From Paragordius varius (taxonomy: Eukaryota; Animalia; Nematomorpha): DNA of 64,000 nucleotides. Position 1 is the stretch's first letter, and each line of letters starts with the position of its first letter. Under the pieces are notes generated by a model. That model was not told the DNA's origin and searched no databases. It was given only the letters and a program-made list of their open reading frames with translations. Location: assembly GCA_964247055.1 (NCBI GenBank), contig OZ176055.1, positions 9,300,001 through 9,364,000 of the forward strand. Reading direction: 5' to 3'. Below are positions 27,501 through 41,062 of this stretch, one piece after another. Made by a program: the position numbers and the translations under genes.

Positions 27501-30500
27501 TTTCTCTAAATGGAGTTGGATGAAAAAATGAAGAATTGGTCTCAAACTGGAGTTGGATGAAGAAATGAAGAATTGGATATTTCTATAACTGGAGTTGAAT
27601 GAAGAAAAGAAGAATTGGAAATTTCTCCAACTGTAGTTGGATGAAGAAAAGAAGAATTGGAATTTCTCCAACTGGAGTTGGATGAAGAAACGGAGAATTG
27701 AATATTTCTCCAACTGGAGTTGGATGAAGAAAAGAAGAATTGGATATTTCTCCAACTGGATTCGGAGGAAGAAATGAAGAATTGGATATTTCTCCAACTT
27801 ATTTGGATGAAGAAATGAAGAATTGGATATTTCTCCAACTTATTTGGATGAAGAAATGAAGAATTGGATATTTCTCCAACTGGAGTTGGATGAAGAAAAG
27901 AAGAATTGGATATTTCTCCAACTGGAGTTGGATGAAGAAATGAAGAATTGGATATTTCTCCAACTTATTTGGATGAAGAAATGAAGAATTGGATATTTCT
28001 CCAACTGGAGTTGGATGAAGAAATGAAGAATTGGATATTTCTCCAACTGGAGTTGGATGAAGAAATGGAGAATTGGATATTTCTCCAACTGGATTTGGAG
28101 GAAGAAATGAAGAATTGGATATTTCTCCAAATGGAGTTGGATGAAAAAATGAAGAATTGGTCTCCAACTGTAGTTGGATGAAGAAATGAAGAATTGGATA
28201 TTTCTCCAACTTATTTGGATGAAGAAATGAAGAATTGGATATTTCTCCAACTGGAGTTGGATGAAGAAATGAAGAATTGGATATTTCTCCAACTGGAGTT
28301 GGATGGAGAAAAGAAGAATTGGATATTTATACAACTGGAGTTGGATGAAGAAAAGAAGAATTGGATTTTCTCCAACTGGAGTTGGATGAAGAAAAGAAGA
28401 ATTGGATATTTCTCCAACTGGAGTTGGATGAAGAAATAAAGAATTGGATATTTCTCCAACTGGAGTTGGATGAAGAAAAGAAGAATTGGATATTTCTCCA
28501 ACTGGATTCGGAGGAAGAAATGCAGAATTGGATATTTCTCCAACTGGATTTGGAGGAAGAAATGAAGAATTGGATATTTCTCTAAATGGAGTTGGATGAA
28601 AAAATGAAGAATTGGTCTCAAACTGGAGTTGGATGAAGAAATGAAGAATTGGATATTTCTATAACTGGAGTTGAATGAAGAAAAGAAGAATTGGAAATTT
28701 CTCCAACTGTAGTTGGATGAAGAAAAGAAGAATTGGAATTTCTCCAACTGGAGTTGGATGAAGAAAAGAAGAATTGGATATTTCTCCAACTGGAGTTGGA
28801 TGAAGAAACGGAGAATTGGATATTTCTCCAACTGGAGTTGGATGAAGAAAAGAAGAATTGGATATTTCTCCAACTGGATTCGGAGGAAGAAATGCAGAAT
28901 TGGATATTTCTCCAACTGGATTTGGAGGAAGAAATGAAGAATTGGATATTTCTCTAAATGGAGTTGGATGAAAAAATGAAGAATTGGTCTCAAACTGGAG
29001 TTGGATGAAGAAATGAAGAATTGGATATTTCTATAACTGGAGTTGAATGAAGAAAAGAAGAATTGGAAATTTCTCCAACTGTAGTTGGGAAGAAAAGAAG
29101 AATTGGAATTTCTCCAACTGGAGTTGGATGAAGAAACGGAGAATTGGATATTTCTCCAACTGGAGTTGGATGAAGAAAAGAAGAATTGGATATTTCTCCA
29201 ACTGGAGTTGGATGAAGAAAAAAAGAATTGGATATTTCTCCAACTGGAGTTGGATGAAGAAAAGAAGAAATGGATATTTCTCCAACTGGAGTTGGATGAA
29301 GAAATGAAGAATTGGATATTTCTCCAACTGGATTTGGAGGAAGAAATGAAGAATTGGATATTTCTCCAAATGGAGTTGGATGAAAAAATGAAGAATTGGT
29401 CTCCAACTGTAGTTGGATGAAGAAATGAAGAATTGGATATTTCTCCAACTTATTTGGATGAAGAAATGAAGAATTGGATATTTCTCCAACTGGAGTTGGA
29501 TGAAGAAATGAAGAATTGGATATTTCTCCAACTGGAGTTGGATGGAGAAAAGAAGAATTGGATATTTATACAACTGGAGTTGGATGAAGAAAAGAAGAAT
29601 TGGATTTTCTCCAACTGGAGTTGGATGAAGAAAAGAAGAATTGGATATTTCTCCAACTGGAGTTGGATGAAGAAATAAAGAATTGGATATTTCTCCAACT
29701 GGAGTTGGATGAAGAAAAGAAGAATTGGATATTTCTCCAACTGGATTCGGAGGAAGAAATGCAGAATTGGATATTTCTCCAACTGGATTTGGAGGAAGAA
29801 ATGAAGAATTGGATATTTCTCTAAATGGAGTTGGATGAAAAAATGAAGAATTGGTCTCAAACTGGAGTTGGATGAAGAAATGAAGAATTGGATATTTCTA
29901 TAACTGGAGTTGAATGAAGAAAAGAAGAATTGGAAATTTCTCCAACTGTAGTTGGATGAAGAAAAGAAGAATTGGAATTTCTCCAACTGGAGTTGGATGA
30001 AGAAAAGAAGAATTGGATATTTCTCCAACTGGAGTTGGATGAAGAAACGGAGAATTGGATATTTCTCCAACTGGAGTTGGATGAAGAAAAGAAGAATTGG
30101 ATATTTCTCCAACTGGATTCGGAGGAAGAAATGCAGAATTGGATATTTCTCCAACTGGATTTGGAGGAAGAAATGAAGAATTGGATATTTCTCTAAATGG
30201 AGTTGGATGAAAAAATGAAGAATTGGTCTCAAACTGGAGTTGGATGAAGAAATGAAGAATTGGATATTTCTATAACTGGAGTTGAATGAAGAAAAGAAGA
30301 ATTGGAAATTTCTCCAACTGTAGTTGGGAAGAAAAGAAGAATTGGAATTTCTCCAACTGGAGTTGGATGAAGAAACGGAGAATTGGATATTTCTCCAACT
30401 GGAGTTGGATGAAGAAAAGAAGAATTGGATATTTCTCCAACTGGAGTTGGATGAAGAAAAAAAGAATTGGATATTTCTCCAACTGGAGTTGGATGAAGAA

Positions 30501-33500
30501 AAGAAGAAATGGATATTTCTCCAACTGGAGTTGGATGAAGAAATGAAGAATTGGATATTTCTCCAACTGGATTTGGAGGAAGAAATGAAGAATTGGATAT
30601 TTCTCCAAATGGAGTTGGATGAAAAAATGAAGAATTGGTCTCCAACTGTAGTTGGATGAAGAAATGAAGAATTGGATATTTCTCCAACTTATTTGGATGA
30701 AGAAATGAAGAATTGGATATTTCTCCAACTGGAGTTGGATGAAGAAATGAAGAATTGGATATTTCTCCAACTGGAGTTGGATGGAGAAAAGAAGAATTGG
30801 ATATTTATACAACTGGAGTTGGATGAAGAAAAGAAGAATTGGATTTTCTCCAACTGGAGTTGGATGAAGAAAAGAAGAATTGGATATTTCTCCAACTGGA
30901 TTCGGAGGAAGAAATGCAGAATTGGATATTTCTCCAACTGGATTTGGAGGAAGAAATGAAGAATTGGATATTTCTCTAAATGGAGTTGGATGAAAAAATG
31001 AAGAATTGGTCTCAAACTGGAGTTGGATGAAGAAATGAAGAATTGGATATTTCTATAACTGGAGTTGAATGAAGAAAAGAAGAATTGGAAATTTCTCCAA
31101 CTGTAGTTGGATGAAGAAAAGAAGAATTGGAATTTCTCCAACTGGAGTTGGATGAAGAAAAGAAGAATTGGATATTTCTCCAACTGGAGTTGGATGAAGA
31201 AATAAAGAATTGGATATTTCTCCAACTGGAGTTGGATGAAGAAAAGAAGAATTGGATATTTCTCCAACTGGATTCGGAGGAAGAAATGCAGAATTGGATA
31301 TTTCTCCAACTGGATTTGGAGGAAGAAATGAAGAATTGGATATTTCTCTAAATGGAGTTGGATGAAAAAATGAAGAATTGGTCTCAAACTGGAGTTGGAT
31401 GAAGAAATGAAGAATTGGATATTTCTATAACTGGAGTTGAATGAAGAAAAGAAGAATTGGAAATTTCTCCAACTGTAGTTGGATGAAGAAAAGAAGAATT
31501 GGAATTTCTCCAACTGGAGTTGGATGAAGAAAAGAAGAATTGGATATTTCTCCAACTGGAGTTGGATGAAGAAACGGAGAATTGGATATTTCTCCAACTG
31601 GAGTTGGATGAAGAAAAGAAGAATTGGATATTTCTCCAACTGGATTCGGAGGAAGAAATGCAGAATTGGATATTTCTCCAACTGGATTTGGAGGAAGAAA
31701 TGAAGAATTGGATATTTCTCTAAATGGAGTTGGATGAAAAAATGAAGAATTGGTCTCAAACTGGAGTTGGATGAAGAAATGAAGAATTGGATATTTCTAT
31801 AACTGGAGTTGAATGAAGAAAAGAAGAATTGGAAATTTCTCCAACTGTAGTTGGATGAAGAAAAGAAGAATTGGAATTTCTCCAACTGGAGTTGGATGAA
31901 GAAACGGAGAATTGGATATTTCTCCAACTGGAGTTGGATGAAGAAAAGAAGAATTGGATATTTCTCCAACTGGAGTTGGATGAAGAAAAGAAGAATTGGA
32001 TATTTCTCCAACTGTATTTGGATGAAGAAATGGAAAAATGGATATTTCTCCAACTCTAGTTCGATGAAGAAATGAAGAATTGGATATTTCTCCAACTGGA
32101 GTTGGATGAAGAAAAGAAGAATTGGATATTTTTCCAACTGGAGTTGGATGAAGAAAAGAAGAAATGGATATTTCTCCAACTGGAGTTGGATGAAGAAATG
32201 AAGAATTGGATATTTCTCCAACTGGATTTGGAGGAAGAAATGAAGAATTGGATATTTCTCCAAATGGAGTTGGATGAAAAAATGAAGAATTGGATATTTC
32301 TCCAACTTATTTGGATGAAGAAATGAAGAATTGGATATTTCTCCAACTGGAGTTGGATGAAGAAACGAAGAATTGGATATTTCTCCAACTGGAGTTGGAT
32401 GGAGAAAAGAAGAATTGGATATTTATACAACTGGAGTTGGATGAAGAAAAGAAGAATTGGATTTTCTCCAACTGGAGTTGGATGAAGAAAAGAAGAATTG
32501 GATATTTCTCCAACTGGATTCGGAGGAAGAAATGCAGAATTGGATATTTCTCCAACTGGATTTGGAGGAAGAAATGAAGAATTGGATATTTCTCTAAATG
32601 GAGTTGGATGAAAAAATGAAGAATTGGTCTCAAACTGGAGTTGGATGAAGAAATGAAGAATTGGATATTTCTATAACTGGAGTTGAATGAAGAAAAGAAG
32701 AATTGGAAATTTCTCCAACTGTAGTTGGATGAAGAAAAGAAGAATTGGAATTTCTCCAACTGGAGTTGGATGAAGAAAAGAAGAATTGGATATTTCTCCA
32801 ACTGGAGTTGGATGAAGAAACGGAGAATTGGATATTTCTCCAACTGGAGTTGGATGAAGAAAAGAAGAATTGGATATTTCTCCAACTGGATTCGGAGGAA
32901 GAAATGCAGAATTGGATATTTCTCCAACTGGATTTGGAGGAAGAAATGAAGAATTGGATATTTCTCTAAATGGAGTTGGATGAAAAAATGAAGAATTGGT
33001 CTCAAACTGGAGTTGGATGAAGAAATGAAGAATTGGATATTTCTATAACTGGAGTTGAATGAAGAAAAGAAGAATTGGAAATTTCTCCAACTGTAGTTGG
33101 ATGAAGAAAAGAAGAATTGGAATTTCTCCAACTGGAGTTGGATGAAGAAACGGAGAATTGGATATTTCTCCAACTGGAGTTGGATGAAGAAAAGAAGAAT
33201 TGGATATTTCTCCAACTGGAGTTGGATGAAGAAAAGAAGAATTGGATATTTCTCCAACTGTATTTGGATGAAGAAATGGAAAAATGGATATTTCTCCAAC
33301 TCTAGTTCGATGAAGAAATGAAGAATTGGATATTTCTCCAACTGGAGTTGGATGAAGAAAAGAAGAATTGGATATTTCTCCAACTGAAGTTGAATGAAGA
33401 AAATAAGAATTGGATATTTATCCAACTGGAGTTGGATGAAGAAATGAAGAATTGGATATTTCTTCAACTGGAGTTGGATGAAGAAATGAAGAATTGGATA

Positions 33501-33565
33501 TTTCTCCAACTCTTGAATATTTATCCAACTCTTGTTGGATGAAAAAATGGATAATGGTATATTTA
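24536..33565. repeat. Homogeneous satellite array, 42-bp monomer TGGATATTTCTCCAACTGGAGTTGGATGAAGAAA(T/A)GAAGAAT, about 215 copies, with higher-order repeats
   Basis: Direct reading of the tandem units, and a 14-aa periodicity (WIFLQLELDEEMKN) in the ORF track. Shorter 37- and 41-bp variants occur. Identical ORFs recur at offsets of 372, 703, 1239 and 1246 bp. Confidence 0.97.
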
Positions 33566-33576
33566 TTTAACTTAAA

Positions 33577-34476
33577 ATAATAATTTGAACTCTCGTAAAA
33601 TTTATTAAATTATATCTAAAATTTTCGATACATGGGAGTATCTTTTTCAATGGATTAACTAAAACAAAAGAAAATAATACGATAATTAAAACAAAATTTG
33701 AAAAAATATAATTATAAATTATGATAACAAAAAAATGCAAAGTGTATGTCGATGTGTTATTGTTTTTTTCTTGGAGTGGTAAATATTTTAAAGTAATCTG
33801 TTTCTTTTAATAAACAATATATCCCAAGAGAAAAGAAAAATCCGCCCGAAAAATGTATTTGCCTGACTTATAACAATACATCCTAAAAAAACGTTATAAC
33901 AAAAAACCAATCCTCCAAATAATTTATTAAGTTTTAGACTACGCCGAGAAGCTAAAAACAAATGTACCGTCTACCACAAAAAATGTAATGATTGTCCAGC
34001 GCACTATAAGGGACAATCTAAACGCCATTTAAATATTAGAGAAAAAGAACACAATAGAAATGGTTCAGCCGTCTACGACCATTGCAAGAATGCAGGCCAC
34101 ATCTTCGCCCCAGCATCCATTATAGCACAAGTCTACAAATAATCCGACAGGTTGATTTTGGAGGCTTGTTTCATCCATTCTAATAGTATGCACCTTATCA
34201 ACAGTAAAGAAGAGAGGAAAGAACTTAACAAAGTCACAAAAGACTTCTTAAAAGAAACAGATTACTTTAAAATATTTACCACGCCAAGAAAGAAACATTA
34301 ACACATGGACATACGTTTTGCATTTTTTTGGTTCTCATTTTTAAATGTTGTTTTAATTATATCGTATTATTATTTTCTTTTGTAGTAGTTAATCCATTGA
34401 AAAAGATATTCCCATGTATCGAAAATTTTGGATATAGTTTAATTTAATAAATTTTACGAGAATTTAAATTATTATT
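33577..34476 (+). mobile_element. 5'-truncated Penelope-like retroelement: GIY-YIG endonuclease remnant plus an inverted copy of its 3' end
   Basis: 33963-34301 translates to CTVYHKKCNDCPAHYKGQSKRHLNIREKEH..SAVYDHC..GH..RLILEACFI..LIN, with one in-frame stop at 34140-34142. 33577-33810 is an inverted copy of 34248-34476. Confidence 0.75.
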
Positions 34477-34509
34477 AACATAAAATATTCGTTCTCGTTG
34501 ACAATATTA

Positions 34510-37500
34510 TTTAACTCTTGTTTGAGGAAGAATTGGAAAACTGCACATTTCTTTAACTCTTGTTGGATGAAGATATGGAGAAAAAGATAAATCTCTAATT
34601 AGGATATTTCTCTAACTTTTTTTGGGTGAAGAAATGGTTAACCGAATATTGCTCCAACTCTTGTCGGAAGAAGAAATAGAGAAAGGAATATTTATCCAAC
34701 TCGTGTTGGCTGAAGAACGGGATATCTTTCCAATTCTTGGAAATTTATTCAACTTTTGTTGGATGAAGAAATGGAGTGGGATATTATTGCTCTTGGATAT
34801 ACAATTTTTGTTGGATAAAGAAATGGAGATCGGCATAATCGCGTTGAATGAAGAATACGACGGGATATTTCTCTTAATTATTGGAAATCTATTCAACTCT
34901 TGTTGGATGAAGAAATAAAGAACTGGATATTTCCCCAATTCTTGTTGGATGAAGAAATGGAGAAAGTATTTTTCTCAAACTCTTTGCGGATGAAAAACGT
35001 GAAAACGGGATATTTTTCCAACTCTTGGATTATTCAACTCTTGTTGTATTAAAAATGGAAAACGGAATAATTCTCCAATTCTTGTTGGAAATAAAAATGT
35101 AGAAAGGGATATTACTCCATCTCTTGTTGAATGAAGAAATGAAGCAATTATTTTTCTCAAACTCTTTGTCGGTGAAAAACGCGAAAACTCGATATTTTCC
35201 TATCTCTTAATGAAGAATTGCATATTCTTTTGGGTTTGGATGAAGAACAAGAGAAGCGGATAATTCTCCGATTCTTCGAAATCTATTCAACTCTGATGAA
35301 AAAGGGGAGAAAGGGAGATCTCCAAATCTTTGTGGATGAAGAAATTGAAATCGGCATATTTCTCCAACTCTAGTTGGATGAAGAACAGGAGAACTTGATA
35401 TTTCTTCACTCCAACTCTTTTTGAATGAAGAAATGGAAAACGGCATATTACCCAAACTCTGGTTGAATGAAAAAATGGATACAGAGATTTTTTGCAAATT
35501 TTGTTGATGAAGAAATGGAGAACGGGATATTTTTTAATTCTTATTGAATGAAGAAGGTAACCGTATATTTCCCCAACTCTTTGTGAATAAAAAAAGGAAA
35601 TATCTCCAACACTTGAATATTTATCAACTTTTAACGGGATGAAGAAATGCAAAACGGCCTATTTCTCCAACTCTTGTTCGATGAAAAAATGGAGAAAGTA
35701 TTTTCTTAAACTCTTTGTAGATGAAAAGCGTGAAAATGCCATACTTTTCTAACTCTTAATGCAGAACAGGATATCTCTCTAACATTTGTTGTAAGAATAA
35801 ATGGAAAAAGGGATATTTCTACGCGTTGGATGAAGAACAAGAGAACGAGATATTTCTGCAATTCTTGGAAATCTATTCAACTCTTGTTGGATGAAAAAAG
35901 GCAGAAAGCGATATCTCATTAACTCTTGTTGGATAAAAAAATGAAAAACTGTCCAATTCTCTGTTAGATAAAGATGTGGAGAAAGGGATATTTCTCCTAC
36001 TTTTGGATTTAATGGGAAACCCGATGTTTCTTAAAACTTGGGGTACATAGAGAACGGGAGAACGGATTTTTTATCCAGCTCTTGTTATTCACTATAGTTA
36101 AATGAAGATATAGAGAATGGGATATATCTCCAACTCTTGAATATTTCTCCCACCTTTGTTGAGTGAAAAAATGGACGGGATACTTCCACAACTCTAGTTG
36201 ATGAAAAAGTGGAGAAAGGGATTCAACTTTTTTTGGACGAAAAAAAGGACAAAGGGATATATTGGACATTTATCCAACTTTTGTTGGATGAAGAAAACGA
36301 CATATTTCTCAAACTCTTGTTGGATAAAAAAATGGAGAAAAGGATATCTTCTGTGGATGAAAAAGGGAAAAAGGGATATTTACCCGAATCATGTTGGATG
36401 AAGAAATGGAGAAAGTATTTTTCTCTAACTCTTTGTGGATGAAAAACGTGAAAATGGGATATTTTTCCATGGATCCAACTCTTGGAGGATGAACAAAGTT
36501 AGAACGGGATATTTATCCAACTCTTGGATATTTCTCCGACTTTTATTGGATAAAGGATTGGAGAAGCGGCTTCCGACTCCTGGATTTCACCAAATCTTGT
36601 TGAATGTAATAAACCATTTGCACTTAAATAGGTCTTTGAACATATTAAGTTGGTCCTTGAACACTTTAAGTAGGTCCTTTGACTTTTTTGTTTTTAAGTT
36701 TTATCAATCGAATCGTATATAATTCATCTATTTTATTGTTTTTACCTATTTTCTACAATTAAAATAAATAAATCAATATCAACTTTTGATCATCCATAAA
36801 CCATATATCTTTATTAATTTCTTAAAATTTGGATTATAAGATTTTACACGTAACTAAAAAAAATACATGTTTTTTGGATTATTATTAAAATTTTTCTTTT
36901 AAAACATTTAAAAGTAGTTAATTAAAAAAATTAATTTGAAACAAAAAAATGGTTTTTCAATAATTTTTAAATGAATAAATATATAATAAATAAATAATAT
37001 TAGGTTAAAAAATAAGAAAATAAAAAAATGGCAATAATTAAGGTTAAATTAAATCTTAAAAACTTTTAAACTTGAAATGTTCAATGATTCAAGTGTTCAA
37101 GGTCCAACTTGAAGTGTTCAAGGACCAACTTGAAATGTTCAAGAACCAATATGAAGTTCAATTACCTCTTGAAGTGCAAATGGTATAATGGAGAAGGGGA
37201 TATTTTTCTAAATGAACATTTCTCCGAATCTTGGTAGATGAAGTATTGGAGAACGGGATATTTCTCCATATTTCTCTGGACTCTTGTAGGTTGTAAGACT
37301 GGAAAACAGAATATTTTGCAGAATCTTGGCGGATGAAAGAATGGAGACCAGAATATTTCACGAAATCTTGAATATTTTTTGGAGGATGAAGGATTGGAGA
37401 AATGGATATTTCTCCAACTCTTATTTTTGCCTTACTCTTGTTGGAAATATAGAAAAACGGAACTCGAAATTTTCAATATTTTTTAGAAACTTGGTGGATA

Positions 37501-37720
37501 AATGTATGGAGAAGGGGATACAACTTGACGTGGATGAAGTATTGTAGAACGGACTCTCTAAATCTTGGTCGATGGGATTTAAAAACGGCATATTTCCCAA
37601 AATCCTGGATATTTCTTTGACTCTTGTTGGATGAAAGAATGGAAAACAGAACATTTCCCCAAATCTAAAATATTTTTCCTACTCCTAGTGGATGAAAGAA
37701 TGGAGAACGGGATAGTCATA
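34510..37720. repeat. Degenerate relative of the 42-bp satellite, interrupted by a MITE at 36614-37183
   Basis: Diverged copies of GGATATTT(C/T)TCCAACTCTTGTTGGATGAAGAAATGGAGAA recur in the same orientation as the main array. Confidence 0.85.
36614..37183. mobile_element. MITE family B: CCATTTGCACTT...AAGTGCAAATGG|TA with 21-bp subrepeats
   Basis: Long TIRs. Further copies at about 45238-45719 and a partial one at about 61520-61570. Confidence 0.75.
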
Positions 37721-38884
37721 AAATTTGTAATGACTTTCTCATATCTTTCGTAAGGCCGAAAACCAAAAGCACCCCGATTTTACATTATCAGATATATATA
37801 TATATACCGTTTCCCAATCTATCGAAGCGTTTTCCCAGTCAATCGAAACGTTTTCCTTAACAATCGAAATAATTTACCAGTCCAAAACATTTTCCCCAAT
37901 CATAACATTATTCCATTCAATACAAACGGTTTTATTTTCAATTATTAAATATCAAAACAAGATATAAAAATATCTTAAAATTATTATTAGCATACTGAAA
38001 AGTATTTTTTGACAGCACAATCAATTATTGAATTTTTTTATTATTTTACTTCAGAATTTCGCAATTATTGAATGAACTAGTTTTATGAAATTTTTTATAT
38101 AAAACCCATTTACACTGCTAATTTAACGTCAAACATTTCATATTCAATCATTTATGTCGACCCTTAACTTTCAAACTCATTTCTAAAGGTAATATGGGTG
38201 TTTCTGAGCCGAATAGTTGAGATTTGAGGTTAATATATCCTTAGTCTATATAGTTTTATCATTTTTTATTCTCCTTACGCAAATGTGATAATTTCTATTT
38301 TTTGAATGACCTGTTTTAAATAAAACTTCCATTTAAACACTATTCATCAAAAGAAATTTTATATAAAATATTTAGATTTTATTTTTATTTAAAAAATGTA
38401 GGATCACAAGGCAGAAAGATGAATCCTACCAAAAACAATTAATAATTTTAATTAAGTTAACTTATAAGTACCCAAACTACTTATAGAGTGATATTAGATT
38501 TTAAGGCCATTTGACATGTTAAGAGATTGAATTGGAAATATTTAGGGTTAAATTTGGTTGTAAATTGGTTTTTCATAAAAAATTTAAATTACATAAGACT
38601 AGGTCATTTAATCGCAATATTGGAGTAAAATAATGCAATAAATAATTGTGCTGTCAAAAAATAATACCCCTTTTGATATACTCATAGTGATTAAGAGTAA
38701 TTTATATTTTGTTATGATATTTATCATCAAAAATAAAACCGATTTTATTGATTAAGAAAATGTTGTTTAGACATCAGGATAAGTTTTTCCTGTTTATAAT
38801 TACGTATACAGATTATAAAATCCTTAAATCCAATAAAGATTTTGCCAGTCTAAAAACATCATGAAAAATTAATAGAAGACAATT

Positions 38885-39633
38885 TAGCAGTCCTCAAAAT
38901 AAGAGGCGAAACCATCAATAACTTGCGTTGACGACACAACCATTCTTACCCAAACAAAAGAGAACTTATTGCGAATTCTAAAAACAATAGAACACGAAAG
39001 CATCAAGTGGGTGCTGAAAATTAACCCCAAGAAAACGTTATAGATGACAAATACAGCCAATTTATCACTATAGCTGGGGGGGATAAATACTTGCTCAGAA
39101 CATAACTTTAAATGACACCTACCTCTACAACCGACATTACCTGGATAGTTGCAATGATAAAAATGCAACAATCAAACTCTCAAATCCATTCTTAAAAACA
39201 AAAAATTTCCCAGTTCCATTATAAAGCGTATAATAGAATCTATAATTCCAGTAATGCACTATAACTGTGAGTCCTGGACCCTCACAAAAACTGATTGCAA
39301 TAAAATAAAGCATTTGAGTTATAGATTTATAGGTATATGATCGGTATAATGGGTACAAGATAACAAATGATAAAATACCAAATATATTAAACCCAAACAT
39401 ATTCTACTTCAAAAAAATCATACCTTGCAAAACACACATTTTTCGGACATGTGATTAGAACCGATGATTTAGATAAAGCGACCATGTTAGGCCCAGTTGA
39501 GGGGGTAGGAAACGTGGAAGACCCAACTACGAAATTTAGATCAGATTAAAAAAAATTAAAGCACACTCAATCCATGAATTTGCACAGATATCTTACAACA
39601 GAATGCTACGCTCCAAGTTGTATCTAAGCTAAG
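38885..39633 (+). mobile_element. Degenerate RTE-clade LINE, 3' fragment
   Basis: Frameshifted RT: KIRGETINNLR/DDTTIL..LKINPKKT; later NCESWTLTK and FFGHVIR..LDKATMLGPVEG/RGRP; short CTAAG-type tail. Confidence 0.8.
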
Positions 39634-39867
39634 GGATATTCATAATTATAAACACAAAAATATAACTTTTAGCTCAACAATGTGATAAGACAGAATTATC
39701 TAAAAATATATGAGTACGCAAACAATTTTTTATTCAAGAAGCTTTTTGCTACTTAAAACATATATATAATTACAAACATATGTAAGATAATTTATTAAGT
39801 ATATGTATGTATATATATATATATATATATAGACATCTAGTTATTATCACAAAAAATAATCATTTTT

Positions 39868-41062
39868 TTATTTTGTCACATAAAAACCATGAATAAAAGG
39901 TAGACCAGTAGAAACATTTTGTTGATATTTGATATATTCATTGCCAAAATGTTGCACCAATGAGCGTTCTTCCTCATATATTCTCGTTTTAAAAAATCTC
40001 CAAGCCACAATAATGTAACATAAGCAGCATATTGGATTCATCAAAATAATCTAAAAAACCACCATTAATGATTTTATGAAGAAAACATAAAATATAATAT
40101 TTCGGCTATTTAAAACAACTTAATTACAGACAGTATGTTAACTCTAGAAGATTTTACATAAAATTTTCTGTCAAATCATGATTATTTTCAAAATAAATTA
40201 ATTTTAATTTCTATCATTAAAACGTTACATAAAAATTAGAGGAATATCGATGAGATTTTTTTCCAATTTTACATTTTTTAAAAAAAAAATATTTTTGTAT
40301 AATGGGCTAAAATGTGGGTAAAAAGCATAGTTTTTAATTAAAAATTGGTTTGGGGCAGAAAATAGCACAAAAGTAAGTAATTAATATTTAATTAATACCT
40401 GAGTACCAGCACACCATATAAACCAACCCAAATAAGATGGATGTCTCATATATCCATAAATACCATTTGTAACCAATTTTTGATTTTGTGATATGGAAAA
40501 TTGAATGAGATGATTAAAATTGATTCCAGCCGTTAAAATACCAAATTTACGGATCAATTCTCCAATCAAACACAAAATTACACCTGTAAAACAAATGACC
40601 TGACTGTACTTTTCTAAGATAAAAGATTAAAAAAAAATAAAAAACTGAAATAAAGAGACTCCAAAAAGTATTCGCACCAACTCATTATGGCAGCTAAACT
40701 ATATGCAGTACTGTGATTTATGAGAAATGATTCATAAGTGACCGATTTATTGTGAACGATGGAAATAGACACATATTCGGTAAAATGAAAGTATGTTAAA
40801 GCAACCATGTATATACCAAAATTTTGGTATGGAACATGTTTGTTGTAGCATAATATAAATCCCAAAGCAAAAAATATTCCTAAATTAAATGCTCTTATGA
40901 TAATCTATATAAAATTAAATGTACTTTTTGGTCCTTGTAAAATAGGGCTAAGTTAATACATATAATCGCAGAGACTGATAAGGTTAAATTATGGTAAAAA
41001 TGGGCTAATAATATAAAAATTAAGCCACTGCTAAATGCAATTATACTCGTTTGAAGCATCAT
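39868..41062 (-). CDS. ICMT: Isoprenylcysteine carboxyl O-methyltransferase (~264 aa)
   Basis: Exons 41062-40925, 40904-40646, 40613-40399, 40050-39868; introns of 20, 32 and 348 nt. Motifs: FHFTEY, SFLINHS, TAGINFNH, GIYGYMRHPSYLGWFIWCAGTQ, RIYEEE, TGLPFI. Confidence 0.95.

Noticed and set aside
24462-33542. Dozens of long ORFs (up to 592 aa) with LEKYPILHFFIQLQ or WIFLQLELDEEMKN repeats
   Set aside because: They are by-products of a 42-bp (3n) monomer. They appear in several frames on both strands and switch frame at 37- and 41-bp variants, which a coding repeat would not tolerate.
34510-37720. CRISPR-like look: palindromic repeat with variable intervening sequence
   Set aside because: The intervening DNA is diverged monomer, not unique spacer. 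The context is eukaryotic and there are no cas genes.
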